Positions 16,685-25,174 of a DNA stretch of 25,820 nucleotides are shown here, piece after piece. The stretch spans positions 1 through 25,820 of the forward strand of contig JAOZFG010000033.1 in assembly GCA_027491435.1 (NCBI GenBank), written 5' to 3'. The notes below the pieces were generated by a model. That model saw only the letters and a program-made list of their open reading frames with translations, made no database searches and had not been told where the DNA came from. This stretch comes from Thermoproteota archaeon (GTDB lineage Archaea; Korarchaeota; Korarchaeia; Korarchaeales; Korarchaeaceae). Each line of letters opens with the position of its first letter. The first letter of the stretch is position 1. Made by a program: the position numbers and the translations under genes.

Positions 16685-17538
16685 TATATCTCGATGGAGA
16701 AGGCGGACCTGGCCACCCACCCCACTAGGAAGGATATGACAGCGACGCCCAGGCTCATGGCTACCATCTCCAGGAACATCCTGCTCATAGGCTGCTCCTT
16801 CACCACAGAGACGAAGAACGAGAAGGCGCCTATTATCAGGATCCCCGCCCCAAGCATTAGGGCCATGGCCGTGAACGGGCTCTCCATCATGAAGTAAGGA
16901 GCCACTAGCAGAAGCACCGTGAGTATGTAAGCCACTCCTGTGTAGATGGCGGCCCTGACGGGGTTCTTCTCCCCCTCAGACCTCCTTGATAGGTACTCAG
17001 AGGAGGCCATGGACAGGCTGGCGGCTATCCCAGTTATCAGGCCTGCAACTCCTATGATTAGGGGGTCCTGAAGGGCAAAAGTAAGGCCTGCCAACGCTCC
17101 GGTGAGCTCCACCAAGGCATCATTCAAACCTAAAACCATTGAGCCGACGTATTCTACCCTCTCCTCCTCTATCAACCTTGCCAGCTCTTCCTCATGCCCT
17201 TCCTCCTCTCTAATTAGTTGCTCAGCGTAGGGGAGCTCCCTCTTGATTAGCTCGTAGCCCTCCTGAGCTATCTCCTCGGTCCTCTCCATAAGCTTGATTG
17301 TGAAGGTGATGCCGAATATCAAGGAGAGCAGGGAGTAAATGAAGATCCTGAACCTGTTAGGCTGGAGATCCTTCTTTGTGTACTCTTTAAGCATGTTGTA
17401 ATGCCTTAATTCGTCCCTGGCTATCTTCTCAAGCACTTCCCTGTTCTTCCCCTTGGCCCTCTTGGCCAGCTTCATGTAAACGTGATACTCGGTTATCTCG
17501 TTCCTCTGAAACTCCTCCACCAACCTGAGTAAATTCAT
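16684..17538 (-). CDS. Rubrerythrin/ferritin-like domain fused to a VIT1/CCC1 transporter (erythrin-VIT1, MbfA-like)
   Basis: ExxH motifs (DELRH, EEGH), then VLGLNDALVELTGALAG and AASLSMASSEYLS, about five TM helices. GGGGG RBS. Confidence 0.92.
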   Translation of the reverse strand: MNLLRLVEEFQRNEITEYHVYMKLAKRAKGKNREVLEKIARDELRHYNMLKEYTKKDLQPNRFRIFIYSLLSLIFGITFTIKLMERTEEIAQEGYELIKRELPYAEQLIREEEGHEEELARLIEEERVEYVGSMVLGLNDALVELTGALAGLTFALQDPLIIGVAGLITGIAASLSMASSEYLSRRSEGEKNPVRAAIYTGVAYILTVLLLVAPYFMMESPFTAMALMLGAGILIIGAFSFFVSVVKEQPMSRMFLEMVAMSLGVAVISFLVGWVARSAFSIEI

Positions 17539-17549
17539 GGTATCCCCCC

Positions 17550-18092
17550 TTACAGATCGCCGCTTCTATATGAGCAGAGCGTTGAGGGCAGGTTGATGGC
17601 CAGGTGGGCTAGCAACGAAGATAGAAGGCCTTCTAACAGGTAACAATATCCTAGGATGAGTCCATACCCTAAAACTATGGGTAGGTAAATCACCTTAACG
17701 GATTTTATGTGCATTACCGTGAACAGCAGGGAGCTAACTAACAGGGCTAAGTGGGCTCCCAAGTAAGGCAGGAGCCCGCCCAGTACCAGGCCCCTAAACA
17801 CCACCTCCTCAAAGAGAGGAGCCACTAACAGAGAAGCCAGCGCCCTCTCTCGAGCGGTTAACCCCCTGAAGAATTTCCTGAACTCCTCTGTCATGACGTC
17901 CCTCCTCAGCAGGCTGGTTGACGAGGCCAAGGCGATTAAAGAGGCAACTAGAGAGGCGAACCCTGGGAAACCCAAGTCGATGAACCATATCGCCGTCAGC
18001 GAGAAGGTCAACGACGTTAATAGCCACTGCCTCACGTTTCTGGCTAGGGACGTGAAGAGCAAGAAGGTAAAAGCCATTATAAGCTTCCACAC
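17550..18092 (-). CDS. CPBP family intramembrane glutamic endopeptidase (Abi/CAAX type II)
   Basis: APLFEEVVFRG (EExxxR), LFTVMH (FxxxH), AHLAIN (HxxxN). Hydrophobic. GTG start overlaps the upstream TAG. Confidence 0.9.
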   Translation of the reverse strand: MWKLIMAFTFLLFTSLARNVRQWLLTSLTFSLTAIWFIDLGFPGFASLVASLIALASSTSLLRRDVMTEEFRKFFRGLTARERALASLLVAPLFEEVVFRGLVLGGLLPYLGAHLALLVSSLLFTVMHIKSVKVIYLPIVLGYGLILGYCYLLEGLLSSLLAHLAINLPSTLCSYRSGDL

Positions 18093-19075
18093 TACCCTCC
18101 CCTTGACCTGTTGAGCAGGTAAATTACTGAGTCCAGGTACTTGTAGTTCACGCCCACTTCCTCCTGTACTAGGGCGAACTCGCCAATGACCTCCTCCTGG
18201 TCAATCCCGTCCAGTAGGTTGGGGCCCGCCTCCTCAACCTTAAGGGACGATGAGATTAATCGGGTGAATCTGGACTCCTCGAAGAGTGAGTCAAACCTTC
18301 CCAGGAGGCCTTTAACCCGGAACCCCACGTCCTTGCCCCTGAACTTAAGGGCAGAAACTACGAAGGTTCTCCTCTTAGCCCCTCTAGTCCTGACCACGTA
18401 GTAGGGAACGGCCCCCTCCACCAGAGGGGGTGAGAGGGCCTCTATCAACTCCTGTCTAGCCTCTTCCTCCCTAGACAAAGCGAACCTCACCGTGCTGAGG
18501 TTATCCCTTGCCCTACCCCCCTTACCCTGTTTGACCAGCTCCAACGCCTTCAAAGGTGCTGCAACCCCTTCAACCCTCATCTTAATCTCCCTAATCTCCT
18601 TGATCTCCTCTTCAAGCCTTTCCGGCTTTAGCCCCTCCAACATCCCCAAGATGCTGTCTAAGCAGTCATCAGAAGGCCTTTCAAGGGATCCCTCCCTGCC
18701 AGCCCTTAACAAGTCGGCCAAAGAGGGGTGTACCAGCCCCGGGACCCTCACTTCCCTCCTCCTAACTCTAGGGGGTTGCACAAGTGGGTTCAAAGCCCAG
18801 CTCTCGAATATTTTGAGCTCCTCCAGGGGGGCTAACCTGAGGGAGTAGAGGAACCTGCACTCAGGATCGTAGAGCAGGGAGAAGCCCTCTCCCCTGTAGG
18901 CCCTCACGTGGAGGTGCCCCTTCCCGACGTACTCTATGAGCTCTTCACCTCCGCTTAGAAAACCTCTCTTCTTCCTCTTCTCCTCAACGTAGGAGAGCAG
19001 AGCTAAAAACTCGGCTCCTTCCCCTGACCTGGGATAGTCCAGCAGAAAAGGAGCCAACATGAAGTGGGCTGTCAA
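18092..19075 (-). CDS. Hypothetical soluble protein with a short central coiled-coil
   Basis: 327-aa ORF with host-like codon usage, 9 bp after the upstream gene and overlapping the downstream one by 1 bp. No recognisable catalytic motif. Confidence 0.75.
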   Translation of the reverse strand: MTAHFMLAPFLLDYPRSGEGAEFLALLSYVEEKRKKRGFLSGGEELIEYVGKGHLHVRAYRGEGFSLLYDPECRFLYSLRLAPLEELKIFESWALNPLVQPPRVRRREVRVPGLVHPSLADLLRAGREGSLERPSDDCLDSILGMLEGLKPERLEEEIKEIREIKMRVEGVAAPLKALELVKQGKGGRARDNLSTVRFALSREEEARQELIEALSPPLVEGAVPYYVVRTRGAKRRTFVVSALKFRGKDVGFRVKGLLGRFDSLFEESRFTRLISSSLKVEEAGPNLLDGIDQEEVIGEFALVQEEVGVNYKYLDSVIYLLNRSRGG

Positions 19076-19084
19076 GCGCTCACC

Positions 19085-20737
19085 TCACGGGTAAACCCTG
19101 GTTACCTGCCACTCCTCCACGACGCCATTCCCTTCCCACTTCACCAGGACGAGCCCCTTCTCAGCCACGTAATCAGGATTCCTGAGCAGCCAGAGGAGCC
19201 CCGCCCTGGTGCCGAACCTAGTTATTCCTCCAACCCACACCCTCATGGAGTCGCAGTCGTAAATTATCACGGCGTAGTCCCTCCTGCCGTATTCAGCTAC
19301 GTAGTCCACACCCCTAAAGGTGAAGCCAGCGTAATGGCCCCCCTTAGAGAAGAACTTGACCCCGTAACTCTCCCAGCTCAGCTCCTTGTTTATCATGGGC
19401 CCACCCAGCGCCACGACGTAGCTGTCCTCCTTCCTTCCGGATCCCTTAAATTCGGAGAGCTGGGGCTTATTCATCTCCTCATCGACTGAGACGGCGTAAT
19501 ACCTGAATAACCGGGGGAACTCGTTGAAGGTGAGGCTGCAGAAGTCGGACGGCTTGTTCATCCCGACTTTAAGCCTTATTAACAGTACGTCTTGGTCGTA
19601 GCTTCCCTCCTTCAGGCCCCTGTCTCTGTACTCGAACTTGAGCTCGTCGAAGGAAAGGCGGGCATCCTTCAACTTCAAGTCAAGGTTTTTGACGCTCACC
19701 CTGAGGTCCAGGGGCTTTATGTAGAAGGGCCTTCCTGAAATCCCTTGACCCTCGCTGACCCCGGCTAGGTAAGCGTACCCTCCCTTCAGGGCAAGGTCGT
19801 GACAGTCGACGCCGCCCCAGGCCACGTACCAGTCAGCCTGACCAGAGCCCTCGAACTGCGCTAGCCAGCACTTACCGTCGACCGACTTGCCCATGACCTT
19901 TAGAAGGCCTGACTTCCTGGCAGCCCTTATTTCGCCGGAGGACTCAAGGTATTTGGCCCACTCTAAGGACCCCAAGCGGGTCAGTTTGATCAGGAGCCCG
20001 TGAACTCCTTTGTAGGAGCCCACCAGATAGACCCCGTCAGCCGGCTCGACGTCCTTCACCTCAAGCTCGTAGTTGGCGCCAACCCTGACGGCCCACATCA
20101 CCTTACCTATGTCTGCGGTTAGCTTAACCAGGTGCAACTTACCGTCCACCGTTCCGGAGACGTAGACGTAGCCCATGGAATAGCGCACGACAGAAGGTGT
20201 GAAGTCCAATAGCTTGGTCCACACGACCCTCTTCTCATTAACCCTGGTCACGAAGCCCTTTCCCTTTATGACTCCGGCCAGGTATATTTGACCGGCGTAG
20301 ACGTGAACGCCCGTCACCTTGGTGCAGTCCCCAACCTTCTTGGCCAGCTCTACTTTGCCATCCCTGCTCACCACCATCATGTAAGGGTAGGAACAGCTCC
20401 CCTCAACGTTACCGAAGAGGTAAACTTTACCCATCGAAACGTACATGTCCACGGGCTCCTCGGAGAACTTTGACCCGAAGATCAGCTGCCAACTCAACCC
20501 CTTATCAACTCTCACCATGAAAGCCTGCCTCTGGAGCTCGTATTTGAAGGCTTCCGTTAACCCGTAAACGTAAAGCTCACCGTCAGGCCCAGACCTCACT
20601 GAGACGGGCTTGTCAAGGCCCAGGTAGCCGAACCTGATGACGTACTCCCTCTCGGGTATAAGGGGCTTTCCCACCAATAAGTAAGGGGTTAGCAACACCA
20701 ATGGTAAGAGTGATATGAGTAGGCGTGAGCACCTCAT
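19085..20737 (-). CDS. Secreted/surface protein: beta-propeller repeats plus an S-layer-like C-terminal domain
   Basis: N-terminal hydrophobic segment; repeats of (V/L)YxxG...L(V/I)KL..G..WA; C-terminal VVALGGPMIN...DYAVI...GGITRFGTRAGLLWL. ATG 20737 fits the TATA spacing better than GTG 20752. Confidence 0.75.
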   Translation of the reverse strand: MRCSRLLISLLPLVLLTPYLLVGKPLIPEREYVIRFGYLGLDKPVSVRSGPDGELYVYGLTEAFKYELQRQAFMVRVDKGLSWQLIFGSKFSEEPVDMYVSMGKVYLFGNVEGSCSYPYMMVVSRDGKVELAKKVGDCTKVTGVHVYAGQIYLAGVIKGKGFVTRVNEKRVVWTKLLDFTPSVVRYSMGYVYVSGTVDGKLHLVKLTADIGKVMWAVRVGANYELEVKDVEPADGVYLVGSYKGVHGLLIKLTRLGSLEWAKYLESSGEIRAARKSGLLKVMGKSVDGKCWLAQFEGSGQADWYVAWGGVDCHDLALKGGYAYLAGVSEGQGISGRPFYIKPLDLRVSVKNLDLKLKDARLSFDELKFEYRDRGLKEGSYDQDVLLIRLKVGMNKPSDFCSLTFNEFPRLFRYYAVSVDEEMNKPQLSEFKGSGRKEDSYVVALGGPMINKELSWESYGVKFFSKGGHYAGFTFRGVDYVAEYGRRDYAVIIYDCDSMRVWVGGITRFGTRAGLLWLLRNPDYVAEKGLVLVKWEGNGVVEEWQVTRVYP

Positions 20738-20758
20738 CCAAATTTCAGGCACCCTCTG

Positions 20759-20773
20759 AATAAAGTCTTTATT
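20759..20773. promoter_or_regulatory. Back-to-back symmetric TATA boxes of a divergent promoter
   Basis: AATAAAG-T-CTTTATT. Each CTTTATT lies 22-28 nt before an ATG (20737 on minus, 20795 on plus). Confidence 0.6.
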
Positions 20774-20794
20774 GTAAATGCTCCCTCTTAAACT

Positions 20795-21574
20795 ATGGAT
20801 TTAGGGATAACCGGCAAGCTGGCTGTGGTGACTGGCGGAAGTAAGGGCCTGGGCAAGGAATGTGCTAGATCCCTACTTAAGGAGGGAGCCAAGGTTCTCA
20901 TAGCTTCCAGGAGTCAGGAGAACCTGAAGGCAGCAGAGGAAGAGCTATCGTCTTTTGGGGAAGTCTACACCTTTAGAGCAGACGTTACCAGGAAGGAGGA
21001 CGTGGAATCCCTGTTTAAAAGGGCGGAAGAGCTAGGAGGGGCTTCAATCTTAGTGGTCAGCTATGGAGGACCGAGAGTAGCTAGGTTTCCAGAGCTCAGG
21101 GATGAGGACTGGTACAACTCCTTTGACCTCCTTTTAATGAGTGCCGTTAGGCTATCGAGGCTGTTTGGTTACAGAATGAAGGAGAGGGGTTGGGGGAGAA
21201 TAGTCTACATAACCTCAGTGGCCATAAAAGAGGTTTACGAGAACATTCCACTATCAACCACAGTCAGGATGGGGTTAGCCGGGCTAGTGAAGGTACTCTC
21301 TAGGGAACTGGCTCCGGAGGTGAATGTGAACGCAGTTCTTCCGGGACACTTCATGACAGAAAGACAGATGGAATTCTTAAGGGCTAAAGCTGAGGAAAAA
21401 GGGGTCAGCCTAGAGGAGGCGGAAAGGGAATCAGCGGAGGAAATCCCGCTGAAGAGGATGGGTAGGCCAGAGGAGCTAGGAGACGTTGTGTCCTTCTTAG
21501 CCAGCGAGAGGGCCAGCTACGTTAATGGGGCTCTAATACCTGTAGACGGAGGACTGCTCAGGTCGACCCTGTGA
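20795..21574 (+). CDS. SDR family oxidoreductase, atypical active-site subgroup
   Basis: MDLGITGKLAVVTGGSKGLG, GWGRIVYITS, LSTTVR in place of YxxxK, VNAVLPG, IPLKRMGRPEE, VDGG. Confidence 0.93.
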   Translation: MDLGITGKLAVVTGGSKGLGKECARSLLKEGAKVLIASRSQENLKAAEEELSSFGEVYTFRADVTRKEDVESLFKRAEELGGASILVVSYGGPRVARFPELRDEDWYNSFDLLLMSAVRLSRLFGYRMKERGWGRIVYITSVAIKEVYENIPLSTTVRMGLAGLVKVLSRELAPEVNVNAVLPGHFMTERQMEFLRAKAEEKGVSLEEAERESAEEIPLKRMGRPEELGDVVSFLASERASYVNGALIPVDGGLLRSTL

Positions 21575-21587
21575 AAACCTAAAGGCT

Positions 21588-21632
21588 TGAGGAATTCGCT
21601 CTTCCTCAGTCCCTCTAGAGGCATATTTTTTT
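21588..21632 (+). terminator. Possible terminator between the two SDR genes
   Basis: TGAGGAA-N7-TTCCTCA hairpin, CCTCTAGAGG palindrome, then a T7 run (21626-21632). Confidence 0.3.
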
Positions 21633-21661
21633 GGATTGGGCGCTCAATGTTAAGGGTTATC

Positions 21662-22411
21662 ATGCCTAGAGTGATCCTAATAACCGGGGGTACCTCGGGA
21701 ATAGGATTTGAAGCAGCCCTCCTCTTCAGGAAAGAAGGGGACAAGGTCTTCGTGATAGGCAGGTCTGAGGAGAAGGGGAGAAGCGCGGAGAAGCGGGGGC
21801 TCACGTATATTAGAGGAGACGTGAGCGACCCCAGCATAACGCAAATAGTTAGGGAGGTGGGGGAGAGGGAAGGCAGGATCGACGTCCTGGTAAACGCAGC
21901 TGGAGTCTACAGGGGAGGCAACCTGGAGTCCTTCAGCCTGGAGGAGTGGAACGAGGTCATTGGGGTGAACCTGACCGGCACCTTCCTGGTCACGAAGGCG
22001 GCCCTGCCCTACATGGGGGAGGGCTCCGTCATAATAAACGTGAGCTCCACGGCGGGGGTGAGCCCCTACCCCAGGGGCACGGCCTACTGCGCCTCCAAGG
22101 CTGGTGTGATAGCCTTCTCAAGGGCTTTGGCCTTGGAGTTAGCTCCAAGAGGTATAAGGGTCAACGTAGTGGCCCCTGGCCTTACAGACACGCCTATGCT
22201 GAGGGGAATAGCTGGCAGCGAGGAGAGGATGAGGGAGTTCGCTCAACTGGTGCCCCTCAAGAGGATAGCCTCCCCTGAAGAGGTGGCCAGGCTAATACAC
22301 TTCCTAGCCTCCGAGGGGGCCAGCTATATAACTGGAGCCGTCTTCGTAATTGACGGCGGTATGACCGCCGGAAGGACGACGACGGCCGGTTCAATAGGGG
22401 CGAGAGAATGA
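21662..22411 (+). CDS. Classical SDR oxidoreductase (FabG-like)
   Basis: ITGGTSGIG, DVLVNAAG, VNLTG, NVSS, YCASK, GIRVNVVAPG, IDGG. Start placed at ATG 21662 (MPRVILITGG) rather than TTG 21587. Confidence 0.95.
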   Translation: MPRVILITGGTSGIGFEAALLFRKEGDKVFVIGRSEEKGRSAEKRGLTYIRGDVSDPSITQIVREVGEREGRIDVLVNAAGVYRGGNLESFSLEEWNEVIGVNLTGTFLVTKAALPYMGEGSVIINVSSTAGVSPYPRGTAYCASKAGVIAFSRALALELAPRGIRVNVVAPGLTDTPMLRGIAGSEERMREFAQLVPLKRIASPEEVARLIHFLASEGASYITGAVFVIDGGMTAGRTTTAGSIGARE

Positions 22412-23112
22412 CGTTCTATCCCTTACCCTTGAGCAAGCTGTACAAGGTGCTAGTCAGGTTGGAGGAGCCGGACCAGAGGTCCGTGGCCAAGCTCCTTGGG
22501 GTGAGCAGGAGGACCGCTGACAAGTACGTGAAGACAGCTTCATGGCTGAAGGAGAAGGTGGGAAGGCCCTCAACCCTTGATAGCCTCCAGGAGTCCCTCA
22601 AAGCGGTGATGTTCAACGACTACAAGGTCAAGGAGGCGGTGAGCCTGCTCTCCCTCAAAATGGTGCCTCTAACCCCTCAAAGCCTCAGGGAGGCGCTGAA
22701 GGCCCTGGGAGTTAAGGTCTCCCTGACGGAGGCTAAGGCCTTCATCGAGTGGCTGAAGCAGATGGACGTCATCAGGGAGAGAAAGGTCCCCTTGATAACT
22801 GAGGACATGGAGTCAAGAGTTCTGGAGCTGGTCAGGGAGAGGGGTAGCCTCACCTACGCCACCCTGGTTAAGAGGTACGGGGAGGGGGTGAGGGACGTCC
22901 TGTTCAAGCTCTGGTCCCAGGGCAAGGTGAGGGTGCCCGTACTGGACAGGTACAAGGAGGAGCTTAAGGGGGCCAAAGACTTGGACAGGTTACCGGCCAT
23001 GAAGGGCAGGATATTCTCCACGTGGCACGACAGGATCTCAGGGGAGACTTACTCGCAGCTGGTGATACCAGGAAGGGCGAAAGTTGAAGCTAGGTGGGAC
23101 TTTGTTTCCTGA
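22408..23112 (+). CDS. Uncharacterised protein with three tandem HTH/winged-helix modules
   Basis: QRSVAKLLGVSRRTADKYVK; LTPQSLREAL..VSLTEAKAFIEWLKQMDVI; RVLELVRERGSLTYATL..VLFKLWSQGKVRV. ATGA overlap with the SDR gene. Confidence 0.8.
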   Translation: MTFYPLPLSKLYKVLVRLEEPDQRSVAKLLGVSRRTADKYVKTASWLKEKVGRPSTLDSLQESLKAVMFNDYKVKEAVSLLSLKMVPLTPQSLREALKALGVKVSLTEAKAFIEWLKQMDVIRERKVPLITEDMESRVLELVRERGSLTYATLVKRYGEGVRDVLFKLWSQGKVRVPVLDRYKEELKGAKDLDRLPAMKGRIFSTWHDRISGETYSQLVIPGRAKVEARWDFVS

Positions 23113-24841
23113 GGAGGAGGTAAGGGAGCTCTCTCACAAGTACTCGAAGAAGCTGGCCCCCTCCCAGATAAGGGAGATCCTCAACTACTGGATGGATAGG
23201 AGGCCCATGAACCTCCCACCCGAGATGCTAAGGGAGGTCTTCGTGGAGCCAGAATTCCTCTTCAAGAAGGCCGAAGACATAATCAACTACTTGAGGGAGA
23301 GGGACTGGAGGGGGGCCATAGTCTCAGTAGTGGGCGAGTACGGGTCAGGAAAGACTCAGCTGGGCCTCATCCTGAAGAGGATGCTCAGGGGAGAGAGAGA
23401 CGTGAGGTCCTACTTCAAGACCTTGGACTCCTTCAGGGACGTCAGGACAATACTCCTGGAGGACGTGACCCTAGACGACGTGGAGCCTCTGGTGCTCATA
23501 GTCGATGAGGTGGACCAGTTGCTCAGCGAGCTCTACAGGGGTAGGAGGGAGAGAATAGAGGAGATGGCTGACATAGTGAGATTCATTACGGAGGGCAGCG
23601 CCTCCCCTCCTTTGGGCTCCGTCGTCCTGCTAATGTCCACCAGGGCCAAGGGGGAGCTCGCCTCCGACAGGTCCCTGGCTAACAGGCTAATAGCTAGGGC
23701 CAGGGAGTTCAGGCTAACTCTAACTGATGAGGAAAGGGAGAAGGCGGCTTTAGAGGCCGTCAAAAAGGTGATGTCCCTCTACATGGCCCTTGAGTCGGCC
23801 TTCGACGTGTACAAGTACTTCGACCTGCTTTACGAGTTCCTGACATCCAGGGCGAGAACCCTAGCTTTGACTTTGGAGATAGGCGGCATAGTCAAGGAGG
23901 TGACCCTAACCCTTAAGGAGATACTGGACAGGATCGACAAGGGGGCCAAGGTTCCTGAGGGGACGGAGCTAGGCAGAACTTTGGAGGAAGCCCTCAAAAA
24001 GTACTTGAAGGAGAGGGCCAGCGCCGTCCCCTTCGAGGTCAGGGTGGGGGAGAGGGTGAAGCACTACCTGGCCAAGTTCTCGGAGGAGAGGGTAAGGGTG
24101 GAGCAGGCCATCTCGGACGGCCAGTACGTGGTGCACACCTACGACCCATCGAGGGGCTTCGTGGGCTCCCCCGTCCTTAGGGTGCTGGTGGAGGTTAAGA
24201 CCGGGACGAGTTGGTTGAGCGATTCTAACGCTAAGAGGCAGATTCAATCCTTCCTGAACGAGGCGCCATTGCTTTTGTTCTGGCTCTCGGACCATCAGAA
24301 CGAGATCCCTCCCTTTGAAGGCCCACTAAGGGTTATAGTCCAGGACCCAAGCCCCTTTAAGGTGTCCATGATACTTAAAGGGGGACGAGAGCTCCTGGAC
24401 TCTTGGGTGGACCTTAAGAGGGACGTAGAGGAGAACGTGGCCCTCCTAACTTTACCCAGGACGGCTAGCAATGACAAGGGAAAGGAAGGGGTTGCCGACC
24501 TCGACGTGGTGGCCTCAACGATAGTCTCGGCTGTCCTGATAGAGCTGAAGAAGGCCAGGTCCTACAAGAAGGTGTCTACGCTTCACGCAGTCATACTAAA
24601 CGCCATGAGGTACGCTTACGAGCAGATGGGCTTAACCCCTCCTCAGCCGAGCTCTACGCTCATCGAATCCTTGTTGAGAGTCTTCGTCAGGGAAGGGCTG
24701 GGCAGGTTCTCGAAAACCGGGAAGACCGTGCAAATAACTAAGGAGAGCAGGTTGAGGATAATGGAGCTAGAGTCTAACCCTGGAAGGAGGAAGAGGGTCG
24801 AGGAGGAGTTAAGGGAGCTCCTGAAGAAGGTGATGGGCTAG
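23102..24841 (+). CDS. P-loop (AAA+-like) ATPase fused to a putative PD-(D/E)xK nuclease domain and a C-terminal winged helix
   Basis: Walker A VVGEYGSGKT (GEYGSGKT at 23333-23356), Walker B LIVDEVD, VVLLMS strand, LANRL Arg-finger-like; then LEEALKKYL...AISDG...VLVEVKTG...RQI; C-terminal helix-turn-helix and wing (LLRVFVREGLGRFSKTGKTVQIT). TTG 23102 follows an AGGTGG RBS (alternative TTG 23084). Confidence 0.82.
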   Translation: MFPEEEVRELSHKYSKKLAPSQIREILNYWMDRRPMNLPPEMLREVFVEPEFLFKKAEDIINYLRERDWRGAIVSVVGEYGSGKTQLGLILKRMLRGERDVRSYFKTLDSFRDVRTILLEDVTLDDVEPLVLIVDEVDQLLSELYRGRRERIEEMADIVRFITEGSASPPLGSVVLLMSTRAKGELASDRSLANRLIARAREFRLTLTDEEREKAALEAVKKVMSLYMALESAFDVYKYFDLLYEFLTSRARTLALTLEIGGIVKEVTLTLKEILDRIDKGAKVPEGTELGRTLEEALKKYLKERASAVPFEVRVGERVKHYLAKFSEERVRVEQAISDGQYVVHTYDPSRGFVGSPVLRVLVEVKTGTSWLSDSNAKRQIQSFLNEAPLLLFWLSDHQNEIPPFEGPLRVIVQDPSPFKVSMILKGGRELLDSWVDLKRDVEENVALLTLPRTASNDKGKEGVADLDVVASTIVSAVLIELKKARSYKKVSTLHAVILNAMRYAYEQMGLTPPQPSSTLIESLLRVFVREGLGRFSKTGKTVQITKESRLRIMELESNPGRRKRVEEELRELLKKVMG

Positions 24842-25174
24842 CTTCGTACTCTCCTAACTTATCTCTCTAGCTATACGTCATTTAGTTAGCTTCATTCATT
24901 AGCGTGGCCTCATAAAATTTCCTAACCTCCCAGTTATTCATATTCAGTAGCGATGTCCCTTAAGCTCGGTAATCTTGAAAAGCCCCATTGTCTTCTCGTC
25001 GGCCCTGCACTTTAGCTCAGGTTAGGTAAGGTGGTCTTACCGAGGCTTTATGAGCCTGTCAACTTATCTGAGGCTCTTGTTTCCTAATTTACTGTGTCAA
25101 AGGACGAAATTAGCAATTACTAAAACTCTCCTAGGTTTGAAAAGCAGTCTCCTGATAAGCTTTCTCTTTCCTTA

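Noticed and set aside
22408-24841. Calling the pair BREX, Ssp or Cdc6/Orc1
   Set aside because: No pglX, pglZ or sspD-type genes are nearby. The ATPase carries an inserted nuclease-like domain, and I saw no ORB-like repeats.
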